Positions 28,701 through 37,600 of a stretch of DNA of 64,000 bases are shown piece after piece. The notes beneath the pieces are model-generated. The model was not told the DNA's origin. It did no database searches and was given only the letters and a program-made list of their open reading frames with translations. The number at the start of each line of letters is the position of its first letter. Position 1 is the stretch's first letter. Source of the stretch: a virus (lineage: Duplodnaviria; Caudoviricetes); the IMG/VR virus record IMGVR_UViG_3300021399_000131, positions 26,387-90,386 of that record. One strand, written 5' to 3'. A program made the translations under genes and the position numbers.

Positions 28701-31638
28701 TATTAAATATAACATTGTGACTTAAAAGCCCATCAGGAAAGTTATTAGTTTTAGGTAAAAGAGTATTAAACTGACGACCATTAACTATATTTTTATTAAC
28801 CATTCCTATATACTTAGGTTCAGTTAATAACCATAAAGAATCGTCTACCAATTTCATTACACCTTCTAACACAAATACATCTCCATTGTTATTAGAAAAA
28901 GCAACTCTCGCAGTATTTGATTCAGGGTCTACAATTTTTACATTAACTTTATCTTCTCCTTTTACTCCAACCAATAAATCCCCTGTAGGAAATATGTAAT
29001 TTTCCATACCTATGCTATCTAACATTCCTGCAGGTCTTAAACCATCTACATTTAATTCCTCAGCAGTAGCTATGTTAGCATATCGCATAACTGCTCTATA
29101 TATAGTACCACCAGCACCATCAGCATCAGCATAATCAAATAATCCTTCAGTACTATATTTTGGCATTCTTATGTCATATGTCTTTGGAGCATCAGAAGGA
29201 GTTCGTGGAAAGAAAGTTCCTAATTCTAATCCTTCAAAACGAGTATCTTCTTGTCTATATCCGTCAGCATGAAAAGCTAAATACAATGTAGGTAAATAAT
29301 CACCTTTGGTCATTTTAGAATATCCTGCATTAGTATTATTATCTAAATCAGACGACCCTTGAAATATACCAATTCGTAACAAAGTTTGAGCATATTCAGT
29401 AAGTACAAAATTATCACCTACTTTTCTAAACAAACCAACATTTATTCTATTTCCGTGTTCATCGGTTTGTTCTAATAAAAAAGTACTATATTTATATTGA
29501 TTCTTTTTTAGTTTTCTTATACCCCATTGTTCTAATAATGGATTTCTAAGTTGTCCATTTATTGTAACAAAACCTTCACTAAGACGTTTAATAAAACTAA
29601 AGTGACTGTTATTTATCCAGTCACTTTGATTATTACCATATATATTTCTAGTATTGTTATCTGTATCAGAAACAGTGAATTGAGAAAAAGCATTAGCGAG
29701 CTTAATAACAGTGTCATTTATAGTACCAGTTAAAAAGCCTCTATCTTTTATTGTATCTATATCATCATATTCTGATACAGGAATATCCTCTCCTAATTCT
29801 TGAAGTCTATCTCTTTGTTGATTTTGTATTTCAGCATGACGTATCTCACTGAGTATGTCTTCATAGTTAGTTTTACAATTAGTTGCATCATTTCCTATAA
29901 GAGTCATCCAACTCATAAGGGTATTTAATTGATTGAAAGCATTGGTAATATTATCAACAACTGCATCATTTCTCTCTATAGGGGAGTTAATAACATAAGC
30001 ATATACCATATCTTCCGTTATAGAAGGAAAATATGATTTCATAAACCTAGCTACATTAGCAATAGCTATATAAAGTTGTTCATTTATGTAACGCTTAAAT
30101 TCTTGTTCTGTTTTAAATAATTTTTCTCCTTTAGAATTAGTTTCATCTAAAGGATTTTTAATTATTCTACGAAGTTCACTTCTACTTTTAGGAATTTGAT
30201 TAGTAGAAACTAAGTATCTATGATAACGGTCAATAAGAGGATTTAAACTATTATAACATATACCTTTTTCTAAGGCAAAAGTATAAGAATCATAATCTAA
30301 TATAGTACTCTGAATGTCATCAAAAAATTGGTCTCGAATTATAATAGTTGCATCAGTTTTTTTATTAGCTTGTCTTATTTTACTTTTACCATCTTCTAGT
30401 ACTACTTCATCTTTTGAAAACAATGCTTGTCTAAAATCATGCATAAAAGCATTACAGAAATCAGAATCATTAGCTAAATCGTAGGCTAATTGAGCAAAAG
30501 CTTCAAAACCTTTAACTGTTTTACTTAAATTTCTAATTTCTTTAATCATTTTGACAGGGTTGTCAAAAGTAACTTTTTGTCTTATAGCTTTTACACATTG
30601 TTCAAAATTCATACAATCTGGTATACCATAAGAATTGGAAGTATCTTTTGATCCTGGAATAGGTTGAGTTAAAACATCAAGGCTATTGAAGTAATTTCTA
30701 ATTCTTTCAGAAAAAGCTTTAAGATAAGAACTAGTTTGACCTGAATGATTATTATAAGCACCTATAACATCAACAATATCAGGTTCTTCAGTTTCTTTCA
30801 TAGTTTTATTTTCGCCTTCTTCTCCTTGCCCTTCAGTTTCGCTACGTTGTTCTTCTGCTTTACTTGCATCTATGACACTATCAAGTTCTTTGTCTAAACT
30901 TCTTTTTATAGATTGTAAACTTTTATTACTACTTAAAACTTCGTCAATATATGTGGAAGAATAATAACTTTCTGGGTCTACAAGACCACTAGTTTGTATA
31001 TCAGAACAAAATAGTTCTTTCCATACAGCAAGTTTATTTGCTGCTTGCCTACTTTTATTAACTCCTCCTAGTATTTTATCTAGATAAGCAGCCTTGTCAT
31101 TAGCCTCTTCATAACCACCTTTTAAATCTTCTTTAGTTCTGTTACTTACAATTTCAGCTTCAGTAAGTATATGGTCTAACCATCTATCTTTAAGCAGTCT
31201 AATATAAGGATCTAATCTATTTCCTTTAAGTTCTATTCCTTTATCGACTAATTCATTATGAATCTTCAACAATACATCTCCAACATGACGAACTCCATTT
31301 GTTCTTTCAATATCAGAACTATATCCATAAAAGCTAGACTTATCATCTGCAAATTCTCTAGAAGTAAAATCTGCATCAGGATACTTGCCATAGTAAAATT
31401 TTAATACTTCTGGAACTAACTTTCTAGCTTGAGCTATAGTAAATTTGGTGTCAGTTATATCTATATTGACATCTTCACCTAGAGTTCGTTTTAAATGATT
31501 GACAAGTTCTGAATCAAACTGACCATCTTTATAAAGTATTGTAAAAATATTATCTCTGACAGTAACATTGGGAGTTTTTTCTCCCAATGCTTTAAGAAAT
31601 TTGTTACTTGTTTTTATACCACAAACTGTATTAGCCAT
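16783..31638 (-). CDS. Giant virion-packaged DNA-dependent RNA polymerase (crAss-type, two-barrel)
   Basis: GYRIPTEGKQS and AQTGSDFDIDS (catalytic DxDxD at 25936-25950, about residue 1897); 4951 aa; ejection-protein context as in crAss-like phages. Confidence 0.92.
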   Translation of the reverse strand: MANTVCGIKTSNKFLKALGEKTPNVTVRDNIFTILYKDGQFDSELVNHLKRTLGEDVNIDITDTKFTIAQARKLVPEVLKFYYGKYPDADFTSREFADDKSSFYGYSSDIERTNGVRHVGDVLLKIHNELVDKGIELKGNRLDPYIRLLKDRWLDHILTEAEIVSNRTKEDLKGGYEEANDKAAYLDKILGGVNKSRQAANKLAVWKELFCSDIQTSGLVDPESYYSSTYIDEVLSSNKSLQSIKRSLDKELDSVIDASKAEEQRSETEGQGEEGENKTMKETEEPDIVDVIGAYNNHSGQTSSYLKAFSERIRNYFNSLDVLTQPIPGSKDTSNSYGIPDCMNFEQCVKAIRQKVTFDNPVKMIKEIRNLSKTVKGFEAFAQLAYDLANDSDFCNAFMHDFRQALFSKDEVVLEDGKSKIRQANKKTDATIIIRDQFFDDIQSTILDYDSYTFALEKGICYNSLNPLIDRYHRYLVSTNQIPKSRSELRRIIKNPLDETNSKGEKLFKTEQEFKRYINEQLYIAIANVARFMKSYFPSITEDMVYAYVINSPIERNDAVVDNITNAFNQLNTLMSWMTLIGNDATNCKTNYEDILSEIRHAEIQNQQRDRLQELGEDIPVSEYDDIDTIKDRGFLTGTINDTVIKLANAFSQFTVSDTDNNTRNIYGNNQSDWINNSHFSFIKRLSEGFVTINGQLRNPLLEQWGIRKLKKNQYKYSTFLLEQTDEHGNRINVGLFRKVGDNFVLTEYAQTLLRIGIFQGSSDLDNNTNAGYSKMTKGDYLPTLYLAFHADGYRQEDTRFEGLELGTFFPRTPSDAPKTYDIRMPKYSTEGLFDYADADGAGGTIYRAVMRYANIATAEELNVDGLRPAGMLDSIGMENYIFPTGDLLVGVKGEDKVNVKIVDPESNTARVAFSNNNGDVFVLEGVMKLVDDSLWLLTEPKYIGMVNKNIVNGRQFNTLLPKTNNFPDGLLSHNVIFNIIDKKMTDLLEQGNQVINGEEFKQIHKIINREHPVYKMMLNTFKQELLDAATALNHYFKFIKTPNGTYEIDIDGNGIPVLKDDPKIKNVDGTLRGYNFYHLKDGKLFEAKKPKDGHKQYGVNLLGNVFHSDRFNLFATDDEGNYPTDDKGNIIARKFLEECISSEIADTDKGMINLLYGNETGTNLHIVFESDPQDTNESSNLKVADIVLTPEQEKKVGDKIEAFLKEYLKQAVEEINNFEQFITEDNLKTYDKMEEFAINYLLFYNASSDIFEGDSKFYKDTRTIFKRAKQDQAAGKSYSNADFTELAGTIRGSLVDSEYGNTGLHPVNNSFITKGIMQRPKMAQKLKPDGTPYMKDGKPVMEQVEVDGKLQYEDVGVQTLFKKWGLDISPRNGFRAVTIANSKNSRNATFDRLVDDLTRIYKKELKITEEAARAKAATLIYGPIQFNSDGTIKKDKNGEPVRRGGFTDTKVNDAQSYITFEEFIRRLDAKGMLKKYMPLIEKIMDESQPLTAKDLNAFVQVQKNYYYDFIEDEDYGLFPPRQIKNAEFVLIPRFIRGTQLYQVYEMMKRGNIDQLNTVETSKAANETVLKLWDNDGNIDYLGDDGMISDAKIQKFADEFNANGQNYYYTSLYSQQETPQHMDAENKAGIQILKKLIDNIPPNHPRLADIKAKYFKLLCSNIDESLADLLDELDIPSKNGKIDLNSDGTIKGLNKKALYDKFKDEAMRNGMDTNMLKYVTLDIDTNEPYMPSYMNNILTKFESIAQSVLNHSITRQTLKGFHAAQVTNVGFKSIRDIFNDPAFDAKNVTYDKKLRYHPEIEIEKDGKKIKKTAGYIEIMVPLSFLGLDRNSSYYKNMSKEEILVELESKGLLDIIGYRIPTEGKQSVCNMKIVGLLDDAQGSTIVVPDEWVAQTGSDFDIDSIYAIQYNTYKKGNGELLNVQYKKKFDEFDYINYLRRFEDKIVDDSIKNNKTSARTKLKAKTDEEKNKLKARNKEAWANLLNVLAETHALDTKKVTGDKIFKKLRKRVSNESRETGGTPFEIQLDFSQRLITELTERLYKIKPNVPGVDEVKEAIKSVIEAYSNTIDYYNNGTKEVYNEKYREELRQEILNNIEDYNKIAKEAGLLTYEEFISSENTEKLNSKVARDNELLRLMQSILEDESALEENLSRSNFDDIVAVRNAVMNMLEAARRNNTSANNVFDQIQYQEDAMSGADLKALSVTLDTFCSVCNTVRPTLTKKIKVVYEETETTNNDTIKRNYGRKAKKHKYGLEFEHKEYGWSETNRNMADKILTAYSSQTTALILDAVKEGNIPNVNTYSFGAFKTLVNCGVSYEAAIPFIMQPGITRVINDYNRLNSVFGASYGNPVVNAIKQIASELDIATTDNEGYSLPIEKIIDRINEKYRDKIGTIFEREATFNEETGKEEYKNLSFNSNFPIITKLINDRIQEEGMFANDKADGKLNQLLFDLGNILIFNNLQIIAKDISDIARCCNPDKFGAKQSIYETRQVLENIDDCLYKKDTVTPVYKQKEGSVITKDRQFAKSPRKPILIAKDYKKADVHILEAIYPGCNVADGIAEDIISNMNQVPDTQLSKYPTLYAFLRNATCTSLILSKHLFDTEKPRFVSICNGLRSVLSGNNPRLTEQQYRDFQKYLLASLYSDTVVVKNNIKVRVNNGQPELSFGELNREEERRRIYGYGYPPGLFITTYERDENGNVISSKNVEFKPADINNPTNEEMEIFDKFSPAQKVAWIRANFSEPRLFSYIKPTLVNLSAAGTKANTQSLAFEEDSTDINHIYSLFRRAYRNNNPILMSAAIDIIKYAAQVEGFRMTKTAVMKVIDNDILLQGELKDGIRFVPDVQTRINDLNNGVSKRYLEFIEDLYENYLRSHPKVQGIKTTRLTNRSKQKYHLTHRSYGGFIMLNSSDTNHVDNLVKLGIIYEHSITGDYGINKYIRLIDTDGTNTLYKIEPFLFNSKGVPTHVVLYPLTNLRTNEDSLWSIDAKNNRKILDRDLYRSIIAELRENFVANFDKEWIKERIERFEETRERTAWYKDAKALTDSIPTDPFNLDELAEKVGGQWLLIKNRIKAHFRPGVTQTLFIRNKAFSSYIHTTGDLFVSPQTIVLPDGTALKVRIGKYATSGETSRDWWDSINYKYLATKDGEGNFKPRENPNSEENSSLREIIKSAQNSNQQFIDQLYYVDLDFSRDSTTENDNDDTANARTILDCHSDTIGYANRVSRNKGDLASFKYLQMMHNNNVTRSISTIDKNKTLVDQETAKFAHAAAMQLKHNFDVFRPDPDDSVRAVRMQDDKAMIHVFSDITAEREYLDNILEAESFIRHFGIYESIKLENPTEAEKFALESIKADIAMVKALPIEHCKDMYKHRKAEDISSNPLIRENFIDIMDGFWKTYGDMWRFNDIAENGTPFLQIMMKDVLGNIDAQRIATLRYVKEFRNRMTKFKEEAERKGLRFDVSKMVDKHGRWVQDYNSSFTDKIEELKANIDAAIQDPDGGLGSIKHMRAKLEFDKFKALHCNQPASPEYYIQKCVMLERFLDTNPRLAETYYKLYYERVQLYDYITEEGIDEDKLQEIQKITNKIYSLRSSETYIDPNTNEYTQRTSAENLRVENKLDEYGVLTESEYDFSNCSDEEAIYSIEAGRILDQFITANQDLDRTYFLYDEKFGFKETLERNLQVVSSFEKRGADGELITPLSVLMENETYVNAKKWIATNAKYVLVKVEALDIKNMSLAEIKDAATRLPQLYSSLIAKAKAILGLQGYATPSAVLGYIRSIAADRVITDKYGNIDARLLTPEELKKIQIMLNNFYHNDLIPIESDRILLSNAQPTNEVFTKYFYNKLSGTSTVNVERIKIIDELNKKLRPLYNEATKTIDFHKIPDTPEGLALIKEIGDLYQKLRLNRNKNQRTKETQKWIDENVDFVINKTLINRLINGGIGKSVEWQQAISENIVYEKDDDDDLAVDENGEPIFNKFLFSYAKPKDKVKEMYTDTDKVKALEIIKNAFVTTILPAYYEAKHEAEQNGTYEEWFENNHVYNPYSKRYEPLSCWTRREYNVDYLNQYFAENYPDFAEDETNTEDVIGKWIPNISQTDRTVQEDKANPNYDPNVGLAENYVPGSDNGAYDSHTDLNEVEKAARDYMYQTLLESAQNRQGKGYFKHGNLPKELKREELSAQLGIKEALKLFGIGVSTESGTKPWYKEMNYDNDRIPIMPMTSELNNKQTRTLEEKIEKLRKNAPTPEQCATEQEYNERVAKNEEDIAKLQDELKELRESLMDRDWLKVIENYLIQAGRFNAVQENKQKLYFLQEELKRMKMYTRTHGINGDLQVISDTDGETVYDMATDDNVIKQLEVVMRRILLDQWKEPEGNYTKFANALQSFTSANYMTFNIRGGIANVTLGLTGILGERVASEYFQHWRSATNEWRRGLISYARRAYNQTIHNSNISYSKQDAIIKYFNVVDYDEHTGLIKERDLKSISEGIRNFTYSPQTLGEHFMQNSVLFAMLKSHKLVETENGVTYMNRAEYLRYKEGDILNSILDDEQKEEFKKFKEQEKADKNKAKDYAWFRKNLLVEWAYIHSGVKQIKEFITKRKEAEDDLIKEFDELPDMYSQLKLGEDGDMSFVEGSQLEALHNQFYRNGKVTEAEQLLGNFAERVRKVNNKIHGVYNRDGAAYIEKQWWGSLVMQYHKHLPIGLLKRYRARGLFNEFRGSVEKGLWQSMADFVSLNWRKIKASDPSITDDQLGAIQGLQYFFAHSLHFFGQFATTWHILPEYERANILRNFGDFAGTLGAFFTLVALWYIADTDDEFLDNPGWNLAVYEMDRLASECFMYNPWGLMSETKKLMSTPVAAQSVVGDAFSSVVAAFKWLTGDEDYDMTYQSGRFAGQNKLWVYIKRRIPMYSSLYSLFDIVNSNQYYKVGDTGSTVFGSARGYAGDLRGHEVGKKETRKKKKNKKKTSDKEED

Positions 31639-31656
31639 AATATTTAATGTTTAGAT

Positions 31657-34600
31657 TTAACACTTAATTTCATAAATACCTTCTTCCATAGCTTGTTGAT
31701 AAGCAATTTTAGATTCTAAAGGTAATTTATTTTTAGTATGATTTGCATCTGTAATTCTTACAAAACCATTTTTATCAGGAATATTACTATTATCATTCAT
31801 AGAATAGTCTATAGGAAGTATCATAGAAGGAGATGCATCATCATTTTCTACATCATCATAATCATCGTCACTATCATCATTTTCAGCAGCATCTGCATCT
31901 GGATCATATTCATCATCAGATTCATTATCATCACTACTTGGCTCATTGGATTCATAATCAGATTTATTAGCATCGTCTGATTGCTTTGGTTCATCAGAAG
32001 TATTATCATCTGTTTTCTTGTCAGAAGATGTTGATGAATCAACATTTTGATTATTCTTTACAGGGGTGCTATTGTCAAGATTAATATTAGTATCTAGAAG
32101 ATCTCTAAGAATATTCAATTCTCGTTGCAAAAGACTATCATCTCTAACTTTGTCCCAACCAAAAAGTTCTCTAACAAAATTAAGAATTTTATCAAATAGA
32201 GATTCTTTTTTATTATCTGTAGTTCCAACGGAAGTTATAGCATTTAATATATTATATACTGATTTAGAAGTTAAACTTTCAGCTAAAAGTTCTTCACCAA
32301 GTTTCTCTTTTTTAGTATATATATTTAATGCTTTAGCAAAATAGTTAACATCCTCTTCTGTTATACCATATTTATCCAAATCTTTAGCTAATTTATGGTC
32401 TAAAATCCAATCATTAGCCTTTTTATAGATATTATAAAGTTCATTTATTATCTTTTCTCTAACATCTTTAGGACGTGCTGCAAATTTATTATGAATATTT
32501 TCATGAATTAATGTTTGAATTGCTGCATTTCTTACACCTTTGTAATTAGAAGATATTGCATTAAGCCAATATGCTCCAACTACAACATGTCCTTTTGGCA
32601 CAGTAGGACGTTTAGCTTCATTTTGATTTTCAAGTTCTTCTGTATATGTTCGTCTATATCTTCCATCTAATGTTCCTCTAGCCCAAGCTACTGCACCTAT
32701 CCATTCTCTTTTATCACTGTTATTCTTTTTTCTAAACCCGTTTAATAAATTGTCATAATCAATAATATTTGGAAAGAAATCAGATATATTACCATTTCTA
32801 TTTAATACTTCAGCAAACGTATTTTGTTCATCAGTGTCAAATACAAGTTTAACTATATCTTCTATAGGGTTAGTTTTATTTGAATTAACTACTTGACGAA
32901 TGTTATTCATTCTATTTACAACCTCTGGACTATCATCATCTAAATGAACATAATCATTAGAAGATGTATCAGTACTAGAAGTAGAAGAAGTAGAAGTTAT
33001 ATTATTACTGTTATGCAAAGATATATAAATATTATTTAATGGTGTGTCAGTTTCTGAAAATTTTTCAAAATTTGTTCCGTTTTGTGATTTTTTAAGATTT
33101 ACTCTAACTAAATTGTTTTTAATAACAAAATCACTATAACTATCATATACCATGGAAGTACTAGTTCCAGGAACATTAACAACAACTTTATCATTTATTC
33201 TAGTAATCCATCCATTTAGTTGAGTACTTCCTGGAATATTATCTCTTCGAATAGCATCAAATGACACATTCATCATAACTTTAGGTTTAATAAAATTAGC
33301 AAATGCTTGACCTATACTATCTGAAAAGCCTTTTTCTTTTTCTACCCAACTTTTATTATTTGTTGTAGAGTCTATAGTTAAAGCTCTAACGAAGTATCCT
33401 ATTTGTTCTATACCTGCTTTATTTGTCCAAAGTTGTATAATAAAACTTTCTTTTTCTCCTGTATTTCTATTAGTAAAATCTATTTGAATACTATTATTAG
33501 GTCCATTTTTAATATAAAATGCACCTCCGTTAGCACCTCGTAATAACGCTGTAGGAGAATAAGCTGTAGCTCTAAGACTATTATTTATATGAATTATATT
33601 TTTAATAGTTTTTTCTATATCTACAAAATTCTTTCCTTGGAATACACCGTTTAGATGTGTCAGAGCAGCAGACATCATCCCTTTTACAAACTTGTTATCT
33701 TCATATGCTTGATCTACAGCAGTAATAGGAAACAAAGCTGTATGTGTAGGAGTTCCATTTTCATTATAAACTGTTAAAAAAGTACTAAGAGGACTATAAG
33801 CATTTTCATTATAGGTCATAATACCTTTTCCAGCTATAACTATAGAATTAGCAGCTTCTGCAAAACTTATATTAGCTGTAGTTGAAGCAGCTAATGCTTC
33901 TTGAACTGGAACACAATCATTATACGTAACACTACCAGTGCCTGATGCTTTAACATTTGGAACCATTACACCTCCTGTAATTAAACTAATAGTAGCTGTA
34001 GGATGAGTATTCAAATCAGCACCAGCTATCAATTCATCATTTATAGTAGTAAACCAACTATCTATATTATCAATGACTGCTTGTTTATTAGCAGCTGGAT
34101 CTGTAGTAATATTTATATCTTGAGCATAATTAAGAAGTTCATCTAAATGGTCTAATAATTCTATATCTAATTGAGGTTTGCCTTTAGAAGAATATATCAA
34201 ATTTTGATAGTTATTTTCACCTTTAGAATTATCTATTACTTGTTTTATTATTTTGTTATTTAAAAACTTATTCCAAACTACAGTCCTAATATTTTTATCA
34301 GTATCAAATGCACCAGACTCTTTAGAAACATGATAATAATATAAAATATCTCTGAACTGTTTTGCACTATCTTCATCAGATGTTAATAGTCTAACAAACA
34401 AATCTCTAAGAGGAGAATGTCCCTGATTATCAAATCTAGCAACCCATCCTCTAGTTACATAATATGGTTCTCCAAATGGACTAAAATTTGTCTTAGGATA
34501 AAAACCTATTATTTGTCCATTTTTAGCTAAACCAACTCTAGTATTCATAAGCTTATCAGCATTAACTCCTGCAGCAGTTAAAAATGGACTTCCCTCTAAA

Positions 34601-37600
34601 CTTACAAATTCTAGTGTGTCACCTTCTTGTAAACTATTATAAGCATCTAAAAATTCCTTTCTAGCATCATCTCCAAAATTAGGGTCATTTACATAATCCC
34701 AAACTTCTCGCATCATTGCTCTTATAGGAGCAACAAATTTATGATTATTATGTCGTTTAGTAGAAGAAGCGTTTATATTAGGCAATACGTTGTTACTATT
34801 AACATCATTAATATCTACTAAAATATATTCATTTTTAGCAAATATATCAGTTAGTAAATAGTTTTTAACAACATTATACATTGCTTGTGCTGTGGTAGTA
34901 TCAACAGTATCGCCAAAAGCATTATTACAAAGTTGCAATATATCTGCAAGTTTTATAACTTGCTTGCCATCTACTACAGGTAAAGTAACTAATTTTTTAT
35001 ATTCATCTAAAAATGCTTTAGCACTAAGTTTGAAAGCAGTAGAAAATTTTATAGTAACTGGGTCAAGTAATTTACTAGCCATAGCTAAAGAAGCACCAGC
35101 TTGATTTATCCCAAGAAGATTACTAAATTTACTACGCATATCTACTATTTTTCTAAATTCATCTAGCCATAAAGAATTAATAGAATCTGATTGTCCTATT
35201 AATTCATGCAATTTATCTAATACTAAACTTTCAAATTCCTCTTCATCTAATTCTGGAGCAAATACATCTTCTCTACTAATTTTTTTATCAGTATACAAAC
35301 TATGTAGAACACTAAGTATCGAAGTATTAATACCTTGTTTTATAGTGTATTCACTTATAGCTTGAGCATAACCATATTCTAATTGTTTCTTTACAACATA
35401 ATAACTAATAAAATCCTCTAACTCTTCATTTACTCTAAGCCAAGGATCTAGTGTAGCACGTAAAACACTATTTAAATCAGTAAAATCGAAATTGTATGGA
35501 AACGGTTTGATATTTCTATTATTATGTTCTTGAACAACAATACTAAAAGCTTCATCTAATAAATCTTGAACACTTATAGGATTGTTTTCATCATACAATA
35601 TGTTATATTTTTGTATATCTTTGCCTCCTAGTTTTAATCCATGACCAACAGTTACTGTTTTATGAGTACCTCTATGTTCTTCTGCAGCACTCCTATAAGT
35701 AGTGGTTTTATCCTTTTTGTATTGGTCAGGAGTAGTATCATCAGAGGATATATTACTATCCTCTACAGGGGTGCTAGTTTCTTCGTTTGTATTATTATCA
35801 GTTTTATTTTCAGCAGCATTGTTGTTATTAGTTTGTTCGATGTCTTGCCCCCCTGTAGAAGAATCTTGTGGATTTGCTTCAGTATCATCTAATCTAACAA
35901 TTTGTAATACACCTTTTTTAACTAGATTATATCTGCCAGTACTTTCATCTTTTTCAAACTCAGGAAGTTCTATAAATTTCCAACCTACATCAGGATCTCT
36001 ATAATCTAACTTATCTGGATCCAATATAAATCTTAAAGCAGTTGTACCAGCAAAATATCCCCCTATTGCTTGTATATTAGGGTCATTTACATCAAGAACA
36101 TATCGACTATCTTCAGTTTCTAATATGTGAATAGGAATTGAACGACCTCCACTAGGTTTATTAGGGTCAAGAAAAGAGAATACGTCAAGAAAAGAGGATA
36201 CGTCATCATCAAATACAGCATGAACTTCTATTGGTGTAGCTCCTTGTTTTATATTGACAGATTCTTCTTGCTGATTATTAGAATCAGTAGTAACATCAGC
36301 ATTAGAACTGTTATCAGTGCTAGATGAATCTGTAGAAGGATTTTGGGAATCAGTAGTATCAGTAGTTGCAGTAGAAGCTTCAGGATTATCAATAGCATCT
36401 ATTGCATCACTTACACTTAACGGTTCGGTCGTCGAATCGGCGTTGTTATTATTGTCAGTATCGCTATTTTGTGACCCATCGTCGCTCGTAGTGTTTTGCA
36501 TATTGGTAGATGAAGAATCGTCCGTTGAATTGTTTTGCGTGTCTGTATCGTTATTTTCATTTTTTGTAGAAGATTCTCTTCTTTTTCTATCATATTCTTT
36601 TTGACTTTCTATAACTGACATAATATCTCTAGCAATACCTGCATTAGTCGCATGACTAAATTTAAATACATCTAATGCTGACATAAATGTTTCCACATCA
36701 TTAGGGTCAGTCATAAATGTTTCAAGAATCTTTCTACTTTCTACAGGATTATTATTCATTGCAGCTTCATATAAAGCTTCTTCTATACCTTCAGCATTTT
36801 GTTCTTTATATTTATTGAAAAGTTCTCTAAAAGTTTTATCTGCTTTTTGAATTGCTTTTTCTCTAGCTTCATTCAAACTTGTATGAATAGAATCAAGTTT
36901 AGTTAAAAATTGGTCTTTAGTAACTGCAACGTTTGATAAACTATTATATTTTTTGTATTCTAAAACAGTTCTATTAGCATAATGTTCAAACAATGTAGGA
37001 AACTGATTTGTTAAACTATCAACTTTAGCATTGTCTTTTACATCAGCATCTAATTTAGATGATTGTATAGATATAGATTCTATATCTTCTTTAGTAAAAG
37101 CTTTACCTGTATTATTGATAAGTTTCTCATATTCTTTTATAATGTCTTCATCTGATTTAGCGAAAAACTCTGGATTAGACTTTCCTTGATATTTTATACT
37201 TTCGTTACCACTGGCATCACTTGTTATTACTTTCTCATAATATTGTGCCATTTTTATTGCACTAAGTACTGCAGCATTACCAGCATCAAGTTTACGTAAT
37301 TGAGTAACTATACCTCGTTGATTAGATTCTATTTGATCTATAGCTAGTTTTTGTTCCAAGCTACTTTCTACATTTTCTTTTATATAATTTTTATCAGCTT
37401 CTAGTCTAGAATAAATATCTATCAATACATGGGCTTTAGTACTAGCTTTAGCTTGAGCCATTTTCTGTTGATAATCACGCTTTTCATCTTCATCAGTTAA
37501 ACTATTTAGTATTCTTTGTTCTTCTTCTGCTGTTTGTTTATCAAGTCTTGCTAGTTGTCTATCTACTACTCTACTATTTATAATTGCATCTGTATTAGCT

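Noticed and set aside
16783-31638. Intron, intein or homing endonuclease in the RNAP gene
   Set aside because: The frame is uninterrupted and I saw no LAGLIDADG, HNH or intein splice-junction motifs; a profile search would be needed to exclude an intein fully.
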